Of a DNA stretch of 64,000 bases, positions 33,904 to 44,323 are shown one piece after another (position 1 is the stretch's first letter; each line of letters starts with the position of its first letter). The DNA comes from Sterolibacteriaceae bacterium (GTDB lineage Bacteria; Pseudomonadota; Gammaproteobacteria; Burkholderiales; Rhodocyclaceae). Location: assembly GCA_043738625.1 (NCBI GenBank), contig JAYUFR010000221.1, positions 2,326-66,325 on the forward strand, in the 5' to 3' direction. The translations under genes were made by a program, and so were the position numbers. Below the pieces are notes generated by a model. That model was given only the letters and a program-made list of their open reading frames with translations, searched no databases and had not been told where the DNA came from.

Positions 33904-35358
33904 ATGCACGCATTATCAAAAGTTGGGACTGAAACAACCCGCTACGACATGTTGATCAATGGTCAGCTGGTTGCAGGTAGCCGAACGCTGGACGTCGTAG
34001 ATCCATCGACAGGTGCCGTATTCGCCACGTGCGCGTGTGCATCCCGCGAGGATATTGAGCGTGCGGTCACGTCCGCTGCGGCCGCCTTTCCCGGCTGGGC
34101 CGCGACTCCGGTGGCGGCGCGTCAGCGCCTATTGCTGCAAATGGCCGACGCAGTCGATGGCGAGGCGGAATCGCTTGCTCGCCTATTGACCTGCGAGCAA
34201 GGCAAACCGCTTAGCGATGCCCGCGGCGAAGTCGGTGCAGTTTCATATTTCCTGCGCCACTACGCCACGGTCAGTCTGCCTGTGCTGCTTATCGAAGACA
34301 GCGAAATTCGTCGCGTGGAGTTGCATCGCAAACCGTTGGGTGTGGTCGCGGCGATTGTGCCGTGGAACTTTCCGATCCTGACCGCGGCTAACAAAATCGG
34401 AGCTGCTCTGGTCACCGGCAATACGGTGGTTCTAAAACCTGCGCCGACGACGCCGCTGGCGACGCTGCAAATGGCGGCCTTATTTAGTAAAATAGTCCCC
34501 GCCGGTGTTCTAAACGTCGTCACGGACAAAAACGACCTTGGCGAGGCACTGACTAATCACCCTCTCGTGCGTAAGATTACCTTCACGGGCTCGACGACGA
34601 CCGGTATGAAAGTCATGGCCGCGGGTGCCTCGACGCTCAAACGTCTGACTCTTGAACTGGGCGGTAATGACTCAGGCATCGTCCTAGAGGACTGCGACCC
34701 TCAAACTGTCGCGCAAATGCTCTTTGACGCAGCCTTCATGAATAATGGTCAGGTGTGCGTGGCGCTCAAGCGTCTCTACGTGCATGACAGCCAATATGAG
34801 GCGATCTGCACCAAGCTCGCAGACATCGCGCGTGCGGCGGTGGTCGGACCGGGCCTGCAAGAAGGCACGCAGCTCGGACCCGTCCAAAATCGTGCTCAGT
34901 ATGACAAGTTAAAGGCGCTCATCGAGGAAACCCGTCAGGTAGGCGTTATTATTGCCGGCGGCGACTGTCCAGACGGACCTGGATATTTCATCAATCCGAC
35001 GATCGTTCGCGATATTTCCGAAGACGCCCGGTTGGTCAAAGAAGAGCAATTCGGGCCGGTGTTACCGGTGATGCGCTATACCAACATCGATGATGTGATC
35101 GCGCGCGCGAACAATACCAGTTTTGGTCTCGGCAACTCTATTTGGTCCTCCAGTCACGAAAAAGCGCAGGCCGTCGCCGCTCGATTGGATTCCGGCACGG
35201 TCTGGATCAATCAGCACGGCGATGTAGGACCCGATATTCCCTTCGGCGGAGCGAAAATGTCAGGAATAGGGGTAGAAATGGCTGAACACGGCTTGACCGA
35301 ATTCACCCAAGCCAAAGTGATCAATTATTCGAAGGGCGCGAGAGTGGAACCGGCCTAA
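33904..35358 (+). CDS. aldehyde dehydrogenase family protein (NAD(P)+)
   Basis: VPWNFP, FTGSTTTG, LELGGND, and the catalytic Cys context NNGQVCVALKRLYV. Confidence 0.92.
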   Translation: MHALSKVGTETTRYDMLINGQLVAGSRTLDVVDPSTGAVFATCACASREDIERAVTSAAAAFPGWAATPVAARQRLLLQMADAVDGEAESLARLLTCEQGKPLSDARGEVGAVSYFLRHYATVSLPVLLIEDSEIRRVELHRKPLGVVAAIVPWNFPILTAANKIGAALVTGNTVVLKPAPTTPLATLQMAALFSKIVPAGVLNVVTDKNDLGEALTNHPLVRKITFTGSTTTGMKVMAAGASTLKRLTLELGGNDSGIVLEDCDPQTVAQMLFDAAFMNNGQVCVALKRLYVHDSQYEAICTKLADIARAAVVGPGLQEGTQLGPVQNRAQYDKLKALIEETRQVGVIIAGGDCPDGPGYFINPTIVRDISEDARLVKEEQFGPVLPVMRYTNIDDVIARANNTSFGLGNSIWSSSHEKAQAVAARLDSGTVWINQHGDVGPDIPFGGAKMSGIGVEMAEHGLTEFTQAKVINYSKGARVEPA

Positions 35359-36284
35359 AGGTTTTTCGCAAATGCCGACTTCAGGTCAGCTCCCAGATCG
35401 GCGATGACATTCTGCGCGACGGGTGTTAAGCCAGGCATGCTGGCAAAGCCGTGCGCCATACCGAGATAGCGTCGGGAAATGACCGGAATGTCGTGCGCGC
35501 GCAGCTGGCCCGCAAATTCTTCGCCCTCATCGCGCAGCGGATCAAACTCGGCCGTGAGGACGGTCGCGGCCGGCAGGCCGACCAGGTCCGCTTGCAATAC
35601 CGCTACCAGCGGGTCGGCAGCATTGCCGTGTTCACCGACATAACATTCCCAGAACCAGCGCAGAATATCGAGCGAGAGAACCGGGCCCTCGGCGAGCGTG
35701 TGTACCGAGGCTGTGTTGCATGCCGGATCGATCATCGGGTAAATCAGCCCCATGTAGCAGAGGCATGGACCGCGCTGCCGCGCTAGAAGTGCAGTGGCGA
35801 TCGCGAGATTACCGCCGGCGCTGTCGCCGCATACCGCAATGCGCTCCGCATCAAGGCCTAGTTTAGCGGCGTTGGCAGCAATCCACACCAGTGCCCTGTG
35901 ACAATCCTCCAGGGGACCCGGGAAGGGCGACTCGGGAGCTCGGCGATATTCGACTGAAACTACCGCAGCACCCGATTGCAACGCGATGGAACGGCACATC
36001 GCGTCATGCGTATCGATCGAACACAGGACAAACCCACCCCCGTGGAAAAACAGGATTACCGGTAGATTCCGATCGGCGCTCGGCCGATACAGACGCAAGG
36101 CGAGAGGCAAGGTGGGACCACTGATCGTCAGCGGCACGACTTCGTGGACTGCGGGCGATTCAATCGCTACGAGTGCCTCAGCAGTGGCTGCGCGAAAGTC
36201 GGCGAGCGGGAGCTGCGGTGGAGGTGGCCGCAAAGTGTTGCGCGGGTCAGCCAACAAATCAGAATAACAAGGATCGATGGGCAT
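35355..36284 (-). CDS. alpha/beta hydrolase, HSL-family esterase/lipase
   Basis: ILFFHGGGFVLCS (HGGG box), GDSAGG, and DPLRDEG...HGF. The track ORF starts at 36359 inside the thiolase gene. I prefer M26 (MPIDPCYS, 36284), which parallels the MPLHP start of the 26997 esterase. Confidence 0.88.
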   Translation of the reverse strand: MPIDPCYSDLLADPRNTLRPPPPQLPLADFRAATAEALVAIESPAVHEVVPLTISGPTLPLALRLYRPSADRNLPVILFFHGGGFVLCSIDTHDAMCRSIALQSGAAVVSVEYRRAPESPFPGPLEDCHRALVWIAANAAKLGLDAERIAVCGDSAGGNLAIATALLARQRGPCLCYMGLIYPMIDPACNTASVHTLAEGPVLSLDILRWFWECYVGEHGNAADPLVAVLQADLVGLPAATVLTAEFDPLRDEGEEFAGQLRAHDIPVISRRYLGMAHGFASMPGLTPVAQNVIADLGADLKSAFAKNL

Positions 36285-36315
36285 TGGTGCTAAGCCTCGC
36301 AGTACGGATGCTATA

Positions 36316-37500
36316 TCAAACTCGTTCGAAAATAGCGGCGATACCCTGACCGCCGCCAATGCACATGGTCACAAGCGCATAGCGCTGAGCGGTTCGCTGC
36401 AACTCGTGTATCGCTTTGGTAGTAATTATGGTGCCGGTCGCTCCGACCGGATGCCCCAGCGAAATACCCGAGCCGTTCGGGTTAACTTTTTGAGGATCAA
36501 AATCAAGCTCACGGCTGACGGCACACGCTTGCGCGGCAAATGCCTCATTGGACTCAATGATATCCAAATCTTTGGCTTTCAGCCCAGCACGCTGCAGCGC
36601 AATTCGTGTTGCAGGAACCGGGCCCATTCCCATATAAGCTGGATCGACACCGGCGTGACCATATGCCACCAGTCGCGCCAACGGCTTGAGATTCAAGGCT
36701 CTAACGCTTTGTGCCGAAGCCACTAGGACTGCAGCCGCGCCGTCGTTAATGCCAGATGAATTTCCCGCCGTAATAACACCATCTTGCTTAAACGCGGGCT
36801 TAAGTTTTGCGAGCGCTTCGACGGTCGTATCGCCACGCACATGCTCATCGGTGTCGAACCTGACCGTGCCCTTTCTAGTCTTAATATCAATTGGCACTAT
36901 CTGGCTCTTGAAACGACCTTCGATGATGGCCTTAGCCGCGCGCTGATGGCTACGTACGGAAAGCTCGTCCTGCATCGCTCGAGTGATGCTGTAACGCTCA
37001 GCAATATTTTCAGCAGTGATACCCATGTGAGTATTTTCGAAAGGATCATTCAAGATGGCTAGCATGTAGTCGAGCGCCTCCGAATTGCCTAAACGTGCAC
37101 CCCAACGATGCCCGTTTAACAAGTAGGGCGAGCGACTCATTGATTCTGCGCCTGCGCCGATTGCCAGCTCTACGTCGCCCAGCGCTATGCTTTGCGCGGC
37201 GGATATGATTGCCTGAAGCCCGGAACCGCAGAGGCGGTTTACATTAAACGCCGGCGTCTCTTTGGGAATACCGGCATTGATTGCGGCGACGCGGCTGAGA
37301 TAGGCGTCGCGGGGATCGGTGGGGATGACGTTACCGACAATGACATGCCCAACCTGATCGGCGGGAACTTTCGAGTGCTCCAGCACAGCAGCAATTACGC
37401 GAGTGGCCAAACTCGACAAGGGCACGTCTTTGAGTGACCCCCCAAATGAGCCAATGGCTGTACGCACGGCCCCAATAATAAATATTTCGTGTTGCGACAT
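36316..37500 (-). CDS. acetyl-CoA C-acetyltransferase / acyltransferase (canonical thiolase)
   Basis: Nucleophile loop NRLCGSGLQAI, NPNGSGISLGHPVGATG, and CIGGGQGIA. All canonical catalytic residues are present. Confidence 0.93.
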   Translation of the reverse strand: MSQHEIFIIGAVRTAIGSFGGSLKDVPLSSLATRVIAAVLEHSKVPADQVGHVIVGNVIPTDPRDAYLSRVAAINAGIPKETPAFNVNRLCGSGLQAIISAAQSIALGDVELAIGAGAESMSRSPYLLNGHRWGARLGNSEALDYMLAILNDPFENTHMGITAENIAERYSITRAMQDELSVRSHQRAAKAIIEGRFKSQIVPIDIKTRKGTVRFDTDEHVRGDTTVEALAKLKPAFKQDGVITAGNSSGINDGAAAVLVASAQSVRALNLKPLARLVAYGHAGVDPAYMGMGPVPATRIALQRAGLKAKDLDIIESNEAFAAQACAVSRELDFDPQKVNPNGSGISLGHPVGATGTIITTKAIHELQRTAQRYALVTMCIGGGQGIAAIFERV

Positions 37501-37501
37501 T

Positions 37502-38680
37502 TCAAGCTACCTCAAACAATCCCGCGGCTCCCATTCCGCCGCCGATACACATGGTCACAACCACGTATTTAACTCCGCGCCGCTTGCCCTCGATCAGCGC
37601 ATGACCTACCAGGCGTGACCCGGATACGCCATACGGATGTCCTACTGCAATTGCGCCTCCATCGACGTTAAGTCGTTCGTCCGAAATACCGAGTCGGTCC
37701 CTACAATAGATGACCTGTACCGCGAAGGCTTCGTTTAATTCCCATAGGCCGATATCGTCGACGCGTAAGCCCGCTTTCGCCAGCAGCTTGGGCACGGCGA
37801 ATACAGGACCAATTCCCATCTCATCGGGCTCGCAGCCCGCCACTTGGAAGCCTCGAAAAATGCCGAGCGGCGCCAAGCCCTTTTGCTGCGCGCGTTTGCC
37901 CTCCATCACGATACAAACCGAGGCGCCATCTGAGAATTGACTGGAATTACCGGCCGAAATCACGCCACCCGGCAGTGCGGCTCGAATCTTCGCGACTCCT
38001 GCATAGGTGGTATCCGGACGAATTCCTTCATCGCTCGTCAATGTGACTTGCTGGGTACCCATCGTACCGTTGTCTTTGTCGGCGACCGCCATCGTGGTCG
38101 TAAAAGGCACTATCTCATCCTTGAACCGACCTGCAAGCGACGCCGCAGCAGCCCTCAATTGGCTCCGCACTCCATACTCGTCTTGGGCTTCACGCGAGAT
38201 GTTGTAGCGTTTTGCCACTGTCTCCGCAGTTTGCAGCATACCCCAGTAAACTTCGGGCTTGTGTTCGACCAGCCATTGCTCCTTGAGCATGCGCAAATTG
38301 GCCTGGTTCTGAATGCAGGAGATCGATTCCAAGCCGCCAGCCGCAAAAATCTCGCCCTCGCCCGCTATGATCCGTTGCGCTGCAATCGCAATACTTTGCA
38401 GGCCGGTTGAGCAAAATCGATTGATGGTGAGACCGGCCGTGGTCACCGGACATCCGGCCCGCAGCGCCACAGTTCGGGCCACATTCATACCGGCGGCCCC
38501 CTCCATCAAGGTACCTCCAATAATTACATCCTCGACTTCAGCCGTATCAATACGCGCGCGCTCAATCGCGTGCTTTAACACATGCCCTGTAAAGGTCACA
38601 GGATGGGTCATATTGAGCGATCCCCGCCAAGATTTCGCGAGACCGGTGCGAGCCGTGGAAACGATAACGGCGTCCATCAT
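37502..38680 (-). CDS. acetyl-CoA C-acyltransferase (3-ketoacyl-CoA thiolase, FadA-like)
   Basis: [28 protein letters not shown], and CIGGGMGAA. Confidence 0.93.
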   Translation of the reverse strand: MMDAVIVSTARTGLAKSWRGSLNMTHPVTFTGHVLKHAIERARIDTAEVEDVIIGGTLMEGAAGMNVARTVALRAGCPVTTAGLTINRFCSTGLQSIAIAAQRIIAGEGEIFAAGGLESISCIQNQANLRMLKEQWLVEHKPEVYWGMLQTAETVAKRYNISREAQDEYGVRSQLRAAAASLAGRFKDEIVPFTTTMAVADKDNGTMGTQQVTLTSDEGIRPDTTYAGVAKIRAALPGGVISAGNSSQFSDGASVCIVMEGKRAQQKGLAPLGIFRGFQVAGCEPDEMGIGPVFAVPKLLAKAGLRVDDIGLWELNEAFAVQVIYCRDRLGISDERLNVDGGAIAVGHPYGVSGSRLVGHALIEGKRRGVKYVVVTMCIGGGMGAAGLFEVA

Positions 38681-40809
38681 GTTTGTTCACCCCAACTCGC
38701 GAAATTTCGACCTTGTGATGCCAATTTGCTTAGCAACGGTGCCGGTTGCCAGGCATCCGGCTGGTAACCTTTAGCGAATCCACGCATCGTACGCAGAATG
38801 TTGGGGAGTCCGATCGTGTCGGCATAGAAAATTGGGCCCCCTCGAAATTCAGGAAACCCATACCCCGCAACATAAACCATATCGATATCCGAAGCACGCA
38901 ACGCGATGCCCTCCTCAAGGATGCGCGCAGCTTCATTGATCAACGAATACAGCGCACGCTCGACTATCTCCTCATCGCTCACTTTGCGCGCTGACAATCC
39001 CAAGCGGGCGGATTCCTCCAATACCAGCTTCGCAACCAGCTCAGACGGAATTGCGGTGCGGTCTCCAGGCTTGTAATCGTACCAACCGGCGCTGCTTTTC
39101 TGACCAAAACGACCCAATTCGCAAATCCGATCGGGGGTTTTGGAATACACTCGATCGGGGTACTCCAGGTATAACCGCTTGCGAATGTACCAGGCAATAT
39201 CATTACCCGCGAGATCACTGACCCGAAAGGGTCCCATCGCAAATCCGAATTTTTCTAATGCTTTGTCGATCTGTTGCGGTAGCACACCCTCATCCAGCAA
39301 AAGCTCCATTTGTCGGAAATAAACGTTCAACATGCGGTTGCCGATGAACCCATCGCAAACGCCGGCCACGACGCCGATTTTCTTGATCAGCTTAGCTATC
39401 GCCAAACTGGTCGCAACCACGTCCTTGGCAGTTTTTTCACCGCGCACGATTTCAAGTAGTTTGGTGACGTTGGCGGGGCTGAAAAAATGTAAGCCCACCA
39501 CATCGGCAGGACGGCCGGTGTACTCTGCAATCTTATTCAAGTCCAAGGTCGAGGTATTGGAAGCCAGTATCGCCCCGGGCTTCGCGATCTTAGCCAGTGT
39601 TTCGAACACTTGTTTCTTGACGTCAAGATCTTCAAATACCGCCTCTATGATGAGATCAGCATTCGCAAGATCTTCATAGGACAGCGTGCCAGTGATCCTA
39701 CCGATTCGCTGATCGAATTGCGCTTGGGTTAAACGAGCTTTTTTGAGGGTGCTCTCGTAATTTTTTCTGACCACCCCTAAGCCTTTATCGAGCGCTGTCT
39801 GCTCCATCTCAAGCACCATGACGGGAATACCTGCATTGGCGAAATTCATCGCGATGCCACCACCCATGGTTCCGGCACCAATAACTGCAACCGACTTAAT
39901 TGTGCGCAACGCAGTATCGCTCGGAATGTCCGGGACTTTGGCAGCCGCTCGTGTAGCAAAAAACACGTGCCGCAGCGCCTTCGACTCCGGGCTGTTCAAC
40001 AACTCCAAGAACAAGGCCGCTTCGACTTTGAGGCCGTCGTCAAATGGCTTCAGGACAGCGGCTTCCACGGCATCGATGCACTTGCCCGGAGCAGGAAACT
40101 TTCGCGCCACCGAGGCGATGGCGACACGAGCAAAATCGAAAAAAGCTTCCGCATTAGGAAATTCGATTTTTAGGTCGCGGGCCTTCTGTAATGGCAAGCG
40201 TTCAGAGGCGGCGCGTTGCGCGAACGCCATTGCAGCCACTAGCACATCGGCTTCGACCACCTCATCTAATAACCCGCTATCGGCCAATTCGCGCGCGGTG
40301 ACCGGGTTGCCACTGACGATCATGTTCAGCGCTCGTTCAACACCCACCAGCCGCGGTAAGCGTTGCGTGCCGCCGGCGCCGGGCAAAATCCCGAGTTTGA
40401 CTTCGGGCAATCCGAGCGGGGCCTGCGCCACGGCTACGCGGTAATGACAGGCCATAGCCAATTCCAAACCTCCACCGAGAGCCAGCCCATTGATGGCCGC
40501 AATCACTGGTTTTGGAGCGTTTTCAATCTGTTCAAATAAATCTGCAAGGTTGGGGGCAGTGAACATTTTGCCGGAATTGAATTCAGTCACGTCAGCGCCA
40601 CCGCAAAACGCCGCTCCGCGCCCCGTAATGACTACCGCTTCGATTGAATCATCGTTAAACGCGTTTTCTAGACCGTCGGCGATGAGCGTACGTATGTTAA
40701 AGCTCAACGCATTGACCGGAGGCCCATCCAGAGTAATGACGACAACGTTTTGCGGTGAACGAGGGTCGGTAGACGCCATAGGTGTTCCTTTAATCATGCC
40801 CTTAATCAT
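38677..40809 (-). CDS. bifunctional enoyl-CoA hydratase / 3-hydroxyacyl-CoA dehydrogenase (FadB/FadJ-like)
   Basis: The N-terminal crotonase domain contains [15 protein letters not shown]. The central Rossmann motif is [18 protein letters not shown]. 710 aa in total. The ATG at 40809 overlaps the upstream TGA. Confidence 0.92.
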   Translation of the reverse strand: MIKGMIKGTPMASTDPRSPQNVVVITLDGPPVNALSFNIRTLIADGLENAFNDDSIEAVVITGRGAAFCGGADVTEFNSGKMFTAPNLADLFEQIENAPKPVIAAINGLALGGGLELAMACHYRVAVAQAPLGLPEVKLGILPGAGGTQRLPRLVGVERALNMIVSGNPVTARELADSGLLDEVVEADVLVAAMAFAQRAASERLPLQKARDLKIEFPNAEAFFDFARVAIASVARKFPAPGKCIDAVEAAVLKPFDDGLKVEAALFLELLNSPESKALRHVFFATRAAAKVPDIPSDTALRTIKSVAVIGAGTMGGGIAMNFANAGIPVMVLEMEQTALDKGLGVVRKNYESTLKKARLTQAQFDQRIGRITGTLSYEDLANADLIIEAVFEDLDVKKQVFETLAKIAKPGAILASNTSTLDLNKIAEYTGRPADVVGLHFFSPANVTKLLEIVRGEKTAKDVVATSLAIAKLIKKIGVVAGVCDGFIGNRMLNVYFRQMELLLDEGVLPQQIDKALEKFGFAMGPFRVSDLAGNDIAWYIRKRLYLEYPDRVYSKTPDRICELGRFGQKSSAGWYDYKPGDRTAIPSELVAKLVLEESARLGLSARKVSDEEIVERALYSLINEAARILEEGIALRASDIDMVYVAGYGFPEFRGGPIFYADTIGLPNILRTMRGFAKGYQPDAWQPAPLLSKLASQGRNFASWGEQT

Positions 40810-41579
40810 GCCTTCGGGCCCCCGGCGACATAAAGTACCTGGCCAGAAATAAAGCTCGAACGTGTATCGACGAAGAACGCGACGGCATGCGCAATATCTT
40901 CAGGCTGACCGACGCGCCCCACCGGGATCTCGCGAGCAGCCTTCTCAATCATTTGATCAAAATTCATGCCAATTCGATCTGCAGTACTCTTGGTCATATG
41001 TGTAACCGTAAAGCCTGGCGCGACGGCGTTTGCCGTGATATTGAACGACCCGAGTTCAAGCGCAAGCGTCTTGGTAAAACCTTGTAGCCCAGCCTTGGCC
41101 GCGGCATAGTTGGCTTGCCCGAGATGCCCGAGCGCTGCAATACTCGACAAATTAACAATGCGCCCCCAGGCGGCAGCACGCATATAGGCGCCGACTTCGC
41201 GACTCATTAGAAATGCACCCCGCAGATGGACACTGATCACCGTATCCCAGTCCTCAAGAGTCATCTTGTGCATCATACGATCGCGTAGAATGCCGGCGTT
41301 GTTAACCAGCACGGTGGGCGCACCGAGCTTTTCGACCACTCGGCTCACCGCATTTTTAACCGCCGCCTCGTCACAAACATCCGCACCTACGGCAAGCGCA
41401 CGTCGTCCGGTGGCTTCCACGGCTTGCGTGGTCTCGCTACAAGACTTCTTGTCCAAATCAAGAACGGCCACATCGAGTCCATCCTGTGCTAACCGCAAGG
41501 CTATACTGGCCCCAATCCCGCGCGCACCTCCAGTAACTATTGCCACGCGATTAGCTAGCGCAGATTGTTGAGAAGTCAT
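40806..41579 (-). CDS. SDR family oxidoreductase (3-oxoacyl reductase FabG-like / 3-hydroxyacyl-CoA dehydrogenase-like)
   Basis: VAIVTGGARGIGASIA, NNAG, and YAAAKAG. Confidence 0.9.
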   Translation of the reverse strand: MTSQQSALANRVAIVTGGARGIGASIALRLAQDGLDVAVLDLDKKSCSETTQAVEATGRRALAVGADVCDEAAVKNAVSRVVEKLGAPTVLVNNAGILRDRMMHKMTLEDWDTVISVHLRGAFLMSREVGAYMRAAAWGRIVNLSSIAALGHLGQANYAAAKAGLQGFTKTLALELGSFNITANAVAPGFTVTHMTKSTADRIGMNFDQMIEKAAREIPVGRVGQPEDIAHAVAFFVDTRSSFISGQVLYVAGGPKA

Positions 41580-43309
41580 AAGCTGGAAATCTCCTCGGCG
41601 GCGCGCTGCGCCAGTAGAAATTTACGGGGCCTGCCCGTCGGTGTGGTGGGAAGTTCATCGGATTTGATCGTGATCACATGTTTGGGGACTTTGAACCGGG
41701 CGAGACGTTGCGCACAGTGTTCGATCAGTTCAGCAGCTGTCGCCGATGCGTTATGCTGCATGACAATGAAGGCCACGCCCACTTCACCCATGCGGCGATC
41801 GGAAAGCGGGACTATGTAGGCCTGCGCCACTGCGGGATGCTGAATCAAAACATCCTCGACCTCGAGCGGAAAGACCTGTTCGCCCCCGCAGCGGTAGCAT
41901 TCCTTCTTACGTCCGCGCAAGCTGATGTAACCCTCGGCGTCGATGACACCGAGATCGCCAGTCAGTAGCCAGCCTTGCGCATCAAAAGCAGCCGCTGTCT
42001 CTTCAGGTTTTTTGTAATAGCCCGTCGTCACGCCCAAGCCCCTCACGACTAACTCTCCCACCGACCCCAACGGTAAGGGTGCTCCGCTTACGGAATCGAC
42101 CACGCGGTAAAAAGCCAACTGATTGCCATGCTGTGGGTCTCCCGCAATTCCAACATCGCGCATTCGACCATTGGTGGTTCTCAGTCGTTCTATAGGGTCA
42201 TCGGGCCGGGTGACAGTCGTTGAGGCCGTGGTTTCGGTCATCCCATAACCGGTCGTTATTTCTGGGTCTTTGAACAAACTAGATATTTGTTCCCAAATAT
42301 CTTCCGGCGACTTCCCGCCGGAGGATAACACTGCACCAAACGACGGCAGGTCGTATGCCGTGTGACGAAGCACATCCAATACGGCCAGTGTCATGGTGGG
42401 CACAAATAGCACGTCGTTGGCACGGTGACGCACTATCCCGTTCAAAGTATTGACGGGATCGAACTGTAGTTGGGGAATAATGGCCCCGCCCACAAAGAGT
42501 ACGGAAAGCATTCCCTCAACATATCCATAGACGTGGTACAAGGGAAGCGCGAATAAGACCCGCCGTTCATCTTGGAATGCGCGGGAATAAGCGCTGCCGT
42601 AAGCGGTCCTCAAGAGCATGTCATGGGTCAACAATACGCCTTTAGGACCCCCGGTAGTACCAGAGGTATAAATGATGTCCGCAGGAGCCGAAGCGTCGCA
42701 GCTCGCCGGTAGCACGTGGTCATGGGATCTCGCTGCTAGTTCTTGCAACGACATGACGTTGGGTCGGGGTGTTGCCTGCGAAGTCGAAAACACAACCACT
42801 CGGCGCAGGTACGGAAATTTCTTTTGGCCATCGAGTTGATCCCAGCCGGACGCGATCTCATCAAGTGATTGGAGATAATTCAGAGCACGAAACCGGTCCA
42901 TTGTGATTAACAGAACCGTGTCCGATTGTTGCAGCACATACTGAAGCTCGGCCGCTCGGTTCAGAAAATTGATGGGCACGGCAACCGCTCCGGCGCGTGC
43001 AATGGCAAATTTGACGGCGACGAACTCCGGATAATTCGCCAGAATCATGCCCACGTGATCGCCGGGGCGGACACCCTCTGCGAGCAATCCTCGCGCAATA
43101 CCCATCGACCACAATTGAATGTCGCGATACGAATAAACGCGTTCATCGGTGACCACATAGGGTCGATCGGGGAATTGCAGAGCGACCGAATCGAGCATCT
43201 CGTGCAGACACTGCTCCCGCCAGCGCGGGAAGCGCTGCGCCAAGGTCAATTGTCGCTCCGCAACAGTCAACACTTGCCGACTCCCGAACACTTGCCGACT
43301 CCCGCTCAC
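41576..43309 (-). CDS. AMP-dependent synthetase/ligase (acyl-CoA synthetase)
   Basis: IIYTSGTTGGPKGVLLTH, YGMTETT, GWLLTGDLG and PTGRPRK. The GTG start at 43309 abuts the upstream stop. The first 16 codons contain an in-frame 18-bp tandem duplication. Confidence 0.9.
   Translation of the reverse strand: MSGSRQVFGSRQVLTVAERQLTLAQRFPRWREQCLHEMLDSVALQFPDRPYVVTDERVYSYRDIQLWSMGIARGLLAEGVRPGDHVGMILANYPEFVAVKFAIARAGAVAVPINFLNRAAELQYVLQQSDTVLLITMDRFRALNYLQSLDEIASGWDQLDGQKKFPYLRRVVVFSTSQATPRPNVMSLQELAARSHDHVLPASCDASAPADIIYTSGTTGGPKGVLLTHDMLLRTAYGSAYSRAFQDERRVLFALPLYHVYGYVEGMLSVLFVGGAIIPQLQFDPVNTLNGIVRHRANDVLFVPTMTLAVLDVLRHTAYDLPSFGAVLSSGGKSPEDIWEQISSLFKDPEITTGYGMTETTASTTVTRPDDPIERLRTTNGRMRDVGIAGDPQHGNQLAFYRVVDSVSGAPLPLGSVGELVVRGLGVTTGYYKKPEETAAAFDAQGWLLTGDLGVIDAEGYISLRGRKKECYRCGGEQVFPLEVEDVLIQHPAVAQAYIVPLSDRRMGEVGVAFIVMQHNASATAAELIEHCAQRLARFKVPKHVITIKSDELPTTPTGRPRKFLLAQRAAEEISSL
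43270..43305. repeat. 18-bp tandem duplication (2 copies, 17/18 identical)
   Basis: ACACTTGCCGACTCCCGA / ACACTTGCCGACTCCCGC. On the coding strand this gives GSRQVF-GSRQVL at residues 3-14 of the ligase. Confidence 0.9.
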
Positions 43310-44215
43310 TTAAGGTTTTCCGTCCTTGCCTCGTGACGCTTGATAGGCCTCCCAGTAGGTGCGGTGCTTGGTAAATTCCTTGTCCCGAAACCGCACGGCC
43401 GGTCTCACCCCGCCCTTGCGCCAAATAGCCGTGAATTCGTCCATCGTTGGCCCGGCTATACCCATCGCATCAAGATCGTTGGCAGCAGCCATCGCCGCTG
43501 CAATGCCCATGGTTTCGAACCATCGATTGGTGACTTCCTTGTGCGAATAAATGGCGTCGAGCGACACGTGCGCTACGCGCTGTGCGTAGGCGCGTGCGAC
43601 CGCCTCTACTTCACCGCGCGGAACCGCTCGATTCACTAGGCCCTGTTCGGCAGCTTCAACGCCCGTCATATTGTCGCCCGTCAAAAGCCATTCCTTCGTC
43701 TTGCGCATCCCTAAGTGAATGGGCCATAGCCCAAAAGTATGAATTTCACCCATGGCGCGCGCCTCGGGTTGTCCCAGCAATGCGTCCTCGGCCGCAAACA
43801 CCACATCCAGCACTCCGATAAAATCCAGGCCGCCGGCGATGCAATGACCGTGCACCACGCCAATCGTCGCCTGGCGGATTCGAAACAGTCGCATCCAACG
43901 CTCGCGCGACAGGTGAAACTCACGTCGCGACCATACCGGAGCACGGCGATGCGGGCGCTTCTGCACCGCATTGATGGCACTGTCGGCGTCCCATAGGTAG
44001 GAGAATTCCGTAAGATCATAGCCGGTACTAAAGTGATTACCATTGGCCTTGACGATGAGTACTCGCGTCTCGTCGTCTTGGTCGAGATCGTCTAACACCA
44101 GATCGAGTTCATCGCGCAATTGGCGAGACAACGCATTGCCTTTCTCGGGTCGATTGAGTGTCAATGTCGCAATGCGATCCTCGCCTTTCTCGTAAATCAA
44201 TGTCTGCAGCTTCAT
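43310..44215 (-). CDS. enoyl-CoA hydratase/isomerase (crotonase) family protein
   Basis: LTLNRPEKGNALSRQL...VLIVKANGNHFSTGYDL and HGHCIAGGLD. 301 aa. Confidence 0.88.
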   Translation of the reverse strand: MKLQTLIYEKGEDRIATLTLNRPEKGNALSRQLRDELDLVLDDLDQDDETRVLIVKANGNHFSTGYDLTEFSYLWDADSAINAVQKRPHRRAPVWSRREFHLSRERWMRLFRIRQATIGVVHGHCIAGGLDFIGVLDVVFAAEDALLGQPEARAMGEIHTFGLWPIHLGMRKTKEWLLTGDNMTGVEAAEQGLVNRAVPRGEVEAVARAYAQRVAHVSLDAIYSHKEVTNRWFETMGIAAAMAAANDLDAMGIAGPTMDEFTAIWRKGGVRPAVRFRDKEFTKHRTYWEAYQASRGKDGKP

Positions 44216-44280
44216 GCGAACTCTCCTTACTAACGCAAGTGGAAATAAATCGCCAAGTCCAGCCTTTCAATTTCGCTAAT

Positions 44281-44298
44281 GTCAACATATCTGTTGAC
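44281..44298. promoter_or_regulatory. perfect copy of the recurrent palindrome GTCAACA-tatc-TGTTGAC
   Basis: Perfect 7+7 inverted repeat in the divergent region between the crotonase operon (start 44215) and the BVMO gene (start 44390). An extra TGTTGAC half-site lies at 44322-44328. Confidence 0.55.
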
Positions 44299-44323
44299 GC
44301 TTTACAAGTCATCCGGCGAACTG

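Noticed and set aside
40774-40809. The duplicated MIKG-MIKG at the FadB-like N-terminus (ATGATTAAGGGCATGATTAAAGGA) was considered as a meaningful repeat.
   Set aside because: It is only a 12-nt imperfect repeat spanning three alternative in-frame ATGs. It most likely reflects start-codon ambiguity. It has no further support.
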